Shown here: piece after piece, positions 58,290 through 64,000 of the stretch
Numbering within the stretch: position 1 is the stretch's first letter
How the letters are laid out: each line of letters begins with the position of its first letter
DNA from: Longimicrobiales bacterium
GTDB lineage: Bacteria > Gemmatimonadota > Gemmatimonadetes > Longimicrobiales > RSA9
Reading direction: 5' to 3'
Length of the DNA stretch: 64,000 nt
Assembly (NCBI GenBank): GCA_035461105.1
Contig: DATHVV010000129.1
Location: 18,140 to 82,139 of the forward strand
Translations under genes and position numbers: made by a program
Notes under the pieces: generated by a model
What the model was told of the DNA's origin: nothing
The model's database searches: none
Seen by the model: only the letters and a program-made list of their open reading frames with translations

Positions 58290-59825
58290 TCAGGCCGGCT
58301 GGCGAGTCCGGTCGACGGTGCGGTAGTGGATTGCTTCCGCCACGTGCCCGGCGCCGATCGCATCGGCCGCCGCCAGGTCCGCGATCGTCCGCGCGACGCG
58401 CAGCAGGCGATGCCAGCCGCGGGCGGAAAGCCCGAGTCGCGAAGTCGCCTGGCGCAGCAGCGACTCGGCGCGCGTTTCGAGCTGACAGTGCAGCCGCACC
58501 TCGCGCGGACTCATGTGACTGTTCGCATGCATGCCGGGAATGCCACGCAGGCGCGCGCTCTGCCCTGCGCGCGCCGCCAGCGCGCGCGCGCGCACGACCT
58601 CGCTGGACTCGCCGGTACGTCGCTGCACGAGCGCAGCCTCCGGCAGCGGGGGCACCTCGATGTGCAGGTCGAACCGGTCGAGCAGCGGGCCGGAGATGCG
58701 TGCGCGATACCCGTGCACCTCGCGCGGCGTGCAGATGCAGCGGCCATCCCCGCTGTCCGCGAACCCGCACGGGCACGGGTTCATGGCGGCCACAAGCATG
58801 AAGCGCGCGGGATAGCTGAGCGCACCCCGGGCCCGGCCGATCTGCACGCTGCCATCTTCGAGCGGCTGGCGCAGGCTTTCCAGCACCGACCGCCGGAACT
58901 CCGGGAGCTCGTCCAGGAACAGCACGCCGTGGTGCGCCAGCGAGACCTCGCCAGGACGCGGCACGCTACCTCCGCCCACGAGGCCGGCGTCCGATATCGT
59001 GTGGTGCGGCGCCCGAAACGGGCGATGAACGAGCAATGACTGGCCCGGTCGCAGGCGCCCCGCTACCGAGTAGACCTTGGTGACCTCGATCGCCTCCTCG
59101 TGCGTGAGCGGCGGCAGGATGCCCGGCAGACGCCGCGCGAGCATCGACTTGCCCGCGCCCGGCGGTCCGCGCATCAGCAGGTTGTGCTGCCCCGCAGCGG
59201 CGATCTCGAGAGCGCGGCGTGCGCTCTCCTGCCCCTTGACATCCGCCAGGTCCAGGTCGCAGAGCGGATCCGGCCGCTGAGGCCCGACGCCCGGCGCCGT
59301 CCGCGGCAGGCGGAGCCGGCCCCGCAGGTGGCTCACCACCGCCTGCAGGCTGTCCGCCCCGCGCACGTCGAGCGCGCTCACGACGGCGGCTTCGGCCGCG
59401 TTCGCGTGGGCCACGAACAGCGTGGCTATCCCCTCGGCGGCGCACCGGGCTGCGATCGGCAGCACGCCGCGCACGGGCCGAACTTCGCCGTCCAGCCCGA
59501 GCTCCCCGAGCAGTGCGCTGCCCTGCACCGCCTCGGACTCGACTGCACCCGTCGCGACCAGCAGCCCCACCGCGAGCGGCAGGTCGAACGCGCTGCCGTC
59601 CTTGCGAACGTCGGCCGGCGCCAGGTTCACCGTGATGCGCCGGGGCGGCAGCTCGAATCCGGCATGCGCGAGCGCGGCCGTCACGCGTTCCCTCCCCTCG
59701 CGCACCGCGCTCTCCGGCAGCCCGACCACGTTCATGCATGGCAGTCCGCGCGCCAGATCGACCTCGACGCGGACCAGGAATGCATCCACCCCGAGCACGG
59801 CACCGCTGATGATCTGTGCGAGCAC
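58290..59825 (-). CDS. comM: YifB/ComM family Mg-chelatase-like AAA+ ATPase
   Basis: 511 aa. MLAQIISGAVLGVDAFLVRVEVDL...LMRGPPGAGKSMLA... Confidence 0.94.
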   Translation of the reverse strand: MLAQIISGAVLGVDAFLVRVEVDLARGLPCMNVVGLPESAVREGRERVTAALAHAGFELPPRRITVNLAPADVRKDGSAFDLPLAVGLLVATGAVESEAVQGSALLGELGLDGEVRPVRGVLPIAARCAAEGIATLFVAHANAAEAAVVSALDVRGADSLQAVVSHLRGRLRLPRTAPGVGPQRPDPLCDLDLADVKGQESARRALEIAAAGQHNLLMRGPPGAGKSMLARRLPGILPPLTHEEAIEVTKVYSVAGRLRPGQSLLVHRPFRAPHHTISDAGLVGGGSVPRPGEVSLAHHGVLFLDELPEFRRSVLESLRQPLEDGSVQIGRARGALSYPARFMLVAAMNPCPCGFADSGDGRCICTPREVHGYRARISGPLLDRFDLHIEVPPLPEAALVQRRTGESSEVVRARALAARAGQSARLRGIPGMHANSHMSPREVRLHCQLETRAESLLRQATSRLGLSARGWHRLLRVARTIADLAAADAIGAGHVAEAIHYRTVDRTRQPA

Positions 59826-59989
59826 GCAGCCTCCGATCGGTTTCAGCGGATGCCGGCGTCTGCGCCGAACTCCACTGCGATGTCTCGGCCGAGCCGACGA
59901 GAGCGGTCAGGAACGCCGCGCGCGGCAGGTTCGAGGATGCTCGCGTCGGCGGGGCGCGGCCATGGCGAACGGAGACGATTACGGACCCG

Positions 59990-60829
59990 TCAGCGCGCGC
60001 TGGCCACCGCCGCGCGTACCGTCGCTTCCATGAGCAGCGCGACCGTGAGCGGGCCGACGCTTCCGTACTGCGGGTGCCAGGCGCCGAGCTGCGTACGGGT
60101 GCGCTCGGGCAGCCAGTCGGGCGGACGCGGGGGCTGGTAGTACGCCGCGTCGACGAGCACGGCGCCCGAGCGCAGATGGCGCAGGGCCTCGCGCGAGGGC
60201 AGCGCACCCGTGACCACGGCCGCGTCGACGCCCGCCAGCTCGTCCCCGAGCGCGGCATCGAGCGGATCCGTGCGCGCGCACACCGCGCCGCGCGCGATGC
60301 AGAGCAGCAGCAGCGTGCGGCTGGTGACATCGTCGGCACCGATCACGAGGATGGTGCGGCGCAACAGGTCGCCCAGCCCGTCGGCGAGCAGCTCGAGCAC
60401 GGCAAGGGGGGCGGCCGGCACGAAGCGGGGAGCGCCCGTGAGCAGCCGGCCCAGGCCGAGCGGCCCCGCCGCGTCGATGTCCTTGGCGGCCAGGATGGAC
60501 TCTGCGCAAAGCTCGCCATCGACTCGGGGCGGCAGCGGGAACTGCAGGAAGATGCCATCCACGCCGGCGGCTTCGTTCATGGCGTCGATCGCGGCCCGGA
60601 CGACAGAGGTGCCGGTGTCGGCCGGAAACTGCTGTGCTCGGAGCATCAGGCGGGCGGCTTCGAACGCGGCCCGCTTGATCGCGATGAAGCGCCCGCTGGC
60701 GGCATCATCCGCGGCCAGCACGGCGAGCGCAGGCGCCCGTCCGAGACGCGCGTGCGCGTCTTCGATCGCCGGAGCCAGGGCGCGGATGCGCGCGGCCGCC
60801 ATGATCCTGCCCTGTGTTTCCCTTGCCAT
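59990..60829 (-). CDS. FolD-like methylenetetrahydrofolate dehydrogenase/cyclohydrolase homolog (divergent)
   Basis: 279 aa. ...VDGIFLQFPLPPRVD...AAKDIDAAGPLGLGRL...GSVGPLTVALLMEATV... matches the FolD framework, but the dinucleotide-binding segment reads VIGADDVTSRT. Confidence 0.7.
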   Translation of the reverse strand: MARETQGRIMAAARIRALAPAIEDAHARLGRAPALAVLAADDAASGRFIAIKRAAFEAARLMLRAQQFPADTGTSVVRAAIDAMNEAAGVDGIFLQFPLPPRVDGELCAESILAAKDIDAAGPLGLGRLLTGAPRFVPAAPLAVLELLADGLGDLLRRTILVIGADDVTSRTLLLLCIARGAVCARTDPLDAALGDELAGVDAAVVTGALPSREALRHLRSGAVLVDAAYYQPPRPPDWLPERTRTQLGAWHPQYGSVGPLTVALLMEATVRAAVASAR

Positions 60830-60985
60830 GACTCATGACCGTACGGCGCTCCGGGGCAGGGCCGCAACCTCCCGGGCGCGATGCCTTTCGAAACCCCGGC
60901 ATCGGGGCGCAGTATTAGCGGAGGGGCACGCGCCGTGCACCCGGCGTATGCCGAGGGCGCGGTTGAGCGAATCGCTGGAGGACGC

Positions 60986-62464
60986 ATGAAGGCGCGGGCA
61001 TTGGGAAACGCGGCGCTGCTGCTGCTGGTCGGCGGCACCGCGTGCGAGATCGCGGAGAACGCCCGGGCCGAGCCGCGCGACGACGCGCGTGCCGAGCTGG
61101 AGCGGCAACTGGGCGGAGCGGTGCCGCTCGTGCTGGACACCGCCTCGGCAGTGCGGCTCTCGGGCGCGTTCCGGGGGGCGGCCGCGACGGCGCTCGACGC
61201 GGTCGTTCAGATCGCGGTGACCAGCCGGGGGGTGCTGCGGGCGCCGCCCGGCCCGTTCCACGATTTCGCGATTCCGAATGATGGGCAGGAGCGGCTCATG
61301 CAGGGCAACGGTTCCGGCTTCATCTTCGATGAGCGGGGTCACATCCTGACGAATCACCACGTCATCGAGAACGCGGTGGACATCCGGGTCACGCTCGTGG
61401 ATGGTCGCGAGTTCGGCGCGGAGCTGGTCGGCTCCGACCCGAACAGCGACGTGGCCGTGATCCGCATCCAGGGCGACGACCTGCCGGTTGCGGCGATCGG
61501 TGACTCGGACAACCTGAAAGTCGGGGACTGGGTGCTCGCGCTGGGCAGTCCGCTGGGGCTTCGCTTCACGGTCACCGCCGGCATCGTGAGTGCGACCGGC
61601 CGCAACATCGGCATCCTGGGACGCGCCGGTACCGAGCTCGAGGCCTTCATCCAGACCGACGCGGCGATCAATCCGGGCAATTCGGGTGGTCCGCTGGTCG
61701 ACCTGAAGGGTCGGGTGGTCGGCATCAACAGCGCGATTCAGACCCAGACCGGCTACTTCGCGGGCGCGGGGTTCGCCATCCCGATCAACCTGGCCCGCAA
61801 GTTCGCCGACGATCTCGTCGAGTACGGCGTCGTGCACCGGCCGCGCCTGGGCGTGGTGATCGACGAGGTGAACGATGCCGATGCGGAGGTCTACAAGCTG
61901 CCGCGCGTGGGCGGCGTGGAAGTGAGGGCGGTCACGCCCGGCGATGCAGCCGATCGGGCGGGCGTGCGCATGGGCGACGTCATCCTGAACATCAACGGCG
62001 AGCCCGTAGCGGGTGTGTCCGAGCTGCAGGCGCGCATCGCGCGCTTCCAGCCGGGCGAGGAAGTGGAGCTCGGCATTGCGCGCTATGGGACGGTGTTGAG
62101 TGCGAAGGTCAAGCTCGGCGAGTTCGAGGCGGCGCCCCGGCGCACCTCCGACGTGCGGCTGGAGCGCGGCTCGCTCGGCTTCACGGTCGCGCCCATGCCG
62201 GTGGAGTACGCTGGGGCGCTCGGCCGGCCCGGCCGGCGCGACGTGCCGATCGTGCAGGAAGTCGATCAGCTCGGGCCGGCGTTCGAGGCCCGGCTCCGCC
62301 CCTCGCACGTCATTCTCCAGGTGAACGGCAGAGAGGTGCGCACCGTGGCCGATGTACGCCGGGCCACCGCCCGCCTCGGCAGCGGGGACGTCGTGTCGCT
62401 GGTGGTCCTCGATCCGCGCCAGGAGGAGGCGCTGCCGACGATCATCAACTACCGGATTCGCTGA
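60986..62464 (+). CDS. HtrA/DegP-family periplasmic serine protease with PDZ domains
   Basis: Trimmed to the ATG at 60986 (GGAGG 4 nt upstream; MKARALGNAALLLLVGGTAC...). Catalytic contexts TNHHVI, DVAVIR and GNSGGPLVD. Confidence 0.93.
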   Translation: MKARALGNAALLLLVGGTACEIAENARAEPRDDARAELERQLGGAVPLVLDTASAVRLSGAFRGAAATALDAVVQIAVTSRGVLRAPPGPFHDFAIPNDGQERLMQGNGSGFIFDERGHILTNHHVIENAVDIRVTLVDGREFGAELVGSDPNSDVAVIRIQGDDLPVAAIGDSDNLKVGDWVLALGSPLGLRFTVTAGIVSATGRNIGILGRAGTELEAFIQTDAAINPGNSGGPLVDLKGRVVGINSAIQTQTGYFAGAGFAIPINLARKFADDLVEYGVVHRPRLGVVIDEVNDADAEVYKLPRVGGVEVRAVTPGDAADRAGVRMGDVILNINGEPVAGVSELQARIARFQPGEEVELGIARYGTVLSAKVKLGEFEAAPRRTSDVRLERGSLGFTVAPMPVEYAGALGRPGRRDVPIVQEVDQLGPAFEARLRPSHVILQVNGREVRTVADVRRATARLGSGDVVSLVVLDPRQEEALPTIINYRIR

Positions 62465-64000
62465 GCGGCGCCGGGCCGGGCGGGGGCACCGCGCGCAGCA
62501 GCACGCGTACGGTGGTGCCCACCCCCGGCGCGCTCTCCACCCGGATCGCGCCACCCCAGCTCTCCACCAGGCGGCGCACGATCGCCAGGCCGAGCCCGCT
62601 GCCCGAGGAGCGCGTCGAGAAGTGCGGCTCGAAGACGCGGTCGTGCAGCTCGCGCGGAATACCGCTGCCGGTATCCTCCACCTCCAGCTCCACCGATTCG
62701 CCCTGCGCCAGCGCGCGGACCACGATCTCGCCGCTGCCATCGAGCGCGGCGCGGGCATTCTCGAGCAGGTTGAGCAGCACTTCCTTCAGCTCTCCGGCCC
62801 GGGCCTGCACGCGCGGCACGCCCGGATCGATCACGGCGTGGTACCTGATCGGCTCATCACTGGTGCGATATAGCGTGAGTGCCTCGCGCACTACTGCGGC
62901 GATGTCGACGACCTCGAGCGGACCGGCGGGCAGTGCCGGCGCGCCGTAGCGCGAGAAGGCGCGGGCGATCTCGCTCAGACGGTCGATCTCGCGCAGGATC
63001 TCGTGCACGCTGCTGTCCAGCACCGCGCCGAACTCGGGATGCCGGTCCCCGTACGCGCGCCGCAGGTGCTGCACCGACAGCTTGATCGGCGTGAGCGGGT
63101 TCTTGATCTCGTGGGCGACCTGTCGTGCCATCTCGCCCCAGGCCAGGACACGCGCGCTGCGCAGCTCGCGGACCCGCGCCCGCCGCAGGCGGCGCACCAT
63201 CCGGTTGAAGGACGTGTAGAGCTGCCCGAACTCGCCCTGCTCCCCTTCCGGCAGGCGTACCCGCAGACGCCCGGCGCCCACCATCGCCGCAGCGCGGCGC
63301 AGCTGGCCGATCGGACCCGCGAGGGCGCGTCCGACGGCGACGGAGAGGGCGAGCGAGAGCAGCGCGCCCACCAGCACGGCGAAGAGGATCAGGTGGGAGA
63401 GCTGGCGCTGCCGGATCGCGGTGTCGCCGGACACGAGCGTCATCGGTACGGCGAGGGTACCGCTCGGCGGCAGCGAGTGGTAGGCCGTCACGAAGCGCTG
63501 ATCGCCGAACGGCTGCACGTCGATCGACGCCGCCTCCTCGCCGCTGCGGAGCAGCCGGTAGGCACCGGGCGGCATCCAGGCTCCGTATACGCCCAGGTCG
63601 AGCGCCTCTGGCGATGAGACGTCGAGCAGCTCGCCGCGGTGGTAGCGCAGCACATCGGCACCGGCATGCGACGCCAGCTCACGCAGGTCGCCCCGCGATT
63701 CGGCGAACTCGGCGACGGCCTGCCGCGCGGCGCGGGCGGCGACGCCGGCCGTGGCGCGCTCCACTTCCTGGGCGAGCGCTCGATAGGCGACGTAGCCGAA
63801 CGCGGCGGTCGGCAGCAGGAAGAACCCGAAGAGCGCGACCGTGACGCGCGCCCGGAAGCTTCCCAGCCAGGCGCTCCAGGCGCCACCCGCCACCGGTGAG
63901 GATCCACTCGCGAAAGCGCCCGCGGTCCAGAGCAGCAACAGCACCAGCAGGTTGAAGGCGGTGAGCAGCGCAGCGCGGGCCAGCCAGACGCCGAGCGGCG
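62445..64000 (-). CDS. sensor histidine kinase, NtrY-like (5' end beyond the window)
   Basis: HAMP region, H-box ARQVAHEIKNPLTPIKLSVQHL and an HATPase domain. The reading frame stays open upstream of the listed GTG at 63944 through to position 64000 (...PLGVWLARAALLTAFNLL...). Confidence 0.88.
   Translation of the reverse strand, partial: PLGVWLARAALLTAFNLLVLLLLWTAGAFASGSSPVAGGAWSAWLGSFRARVTVALFGFFLLPTAAFGYVAYRALAQEVERATAGVAARAARQAVAEFAESRGDLRELASHAGADVLRYHRGELLDVSSPEALDLGVYGAWMPPGAYRLLRSGEEAASIDVQPFGDQRFVTAYHSLPPSGTLAVPMTLVSGDTAIRQRQLSHLILFAVLVGALLSLALSVAVGRALAGPIGQLRRAAAMVGAGRLRVRLPEGEQGEFGQLYTSFNRMVRRLRRARVRELRSARVLAWGEMARQVAHEIKNPLTPIKLSVQHLRRAYGDRHPEFGAVLDSSVHEILREIDRLSEIARAFSRYGAPALPAGPLEVVDIAAVVREALTLYRTSDEPIRYHAVIDPGVPRVQARAGELKEVLLNLLENARAALDGSGEIVVRALAQGESVELEVEDTGSGIPRELHDRVFEPHFSTRSSGSGLGLAIVRRLVESWGGAIRVESAPGVGTTVRVLLRAVPPPGPAPLSESGS

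Overview
Very GC-rich bacterial chromosomal segment (judged by eye, not computed). It is densely packed with about 70 genes, mostly on the minus strand, and many adjacent genes share ATGA/GTGA start-stop overlaps. Content is almost entirely core housekeeping: proS (partial)-hisS-folC-accD; mreB-mreC-mreD-rodA; dut and ald; rpsO-pnp-M16 peptidase; rimP-nusA-L7Ae-like-infB-DUF503-rbfA-truB-ribF; murA-coiled-coil protein-pgeF-Cys-rich protein-OsmC-like; a plus-strand block of PII-like protein, cation/H+ antiporter, C-N hydrolase, degenerate NadE-like protein, YtxH-like protein and PLC-like protein; gatC-gatA-gatB; uvrD/pcrA; serS; a plus-strand operon of a CheY-like regulator, a manC-like gene, an alternative GlmU-like nucleotidyltransferase and an MBL hydrolase; rseP-dxr-cdsA-uppS-frr-pyrH-tsf-rpsB; rplM-rpsI; a 287-aa sigma-70; lepB; an aldehyde dehydrogenase; an NtrC/NtrX-like sigma-54 activator; thpR; a cysteine desulfurase with a LarE-like gene; DUF488; comM; a folD-like gene; htrA; and a partial NtrY-like kinase. 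I saw no rRNA, tRNA, CRISPR array, transposase/integrase, or recognisable defence or toxin-antitoxin genes. Most long ORFs in the track that lie antisense or in alternate frames are GC-driven shadow ORFs. Several listed ORFs carry spurious N-terminal extensions, and I trimmed those to internal starts. The most interesting observation is an OsmC/Ohr-family gene (22189..22662, minus) interrupted by a single in-frame TGA exactly at the conserved peroxidatic-Cys position, with a hairpin just downstream. This makes it a candidate selenoprotein; the alternative is a pseudogene. Secondary observations: a promoter followed by an intrinsic terminator in the rimP-nusA-infB leader; two G/C-tract hexamer microsatellites in inverted orientation flanking rpoD-lepB; a 3-Cys LarE-like gene translationally coupled to a stand-alone LarE C-terminal-domain paralog and a cysteine desulfurase; a PII-like protein coupled to an antiporter; a split NadE whose synthetase half lacks the PP-loop; and a LepB lacking box E. 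I found no clearly novel multi-gene system. All functional calls rest on motif recognition by eye, not on database searches.
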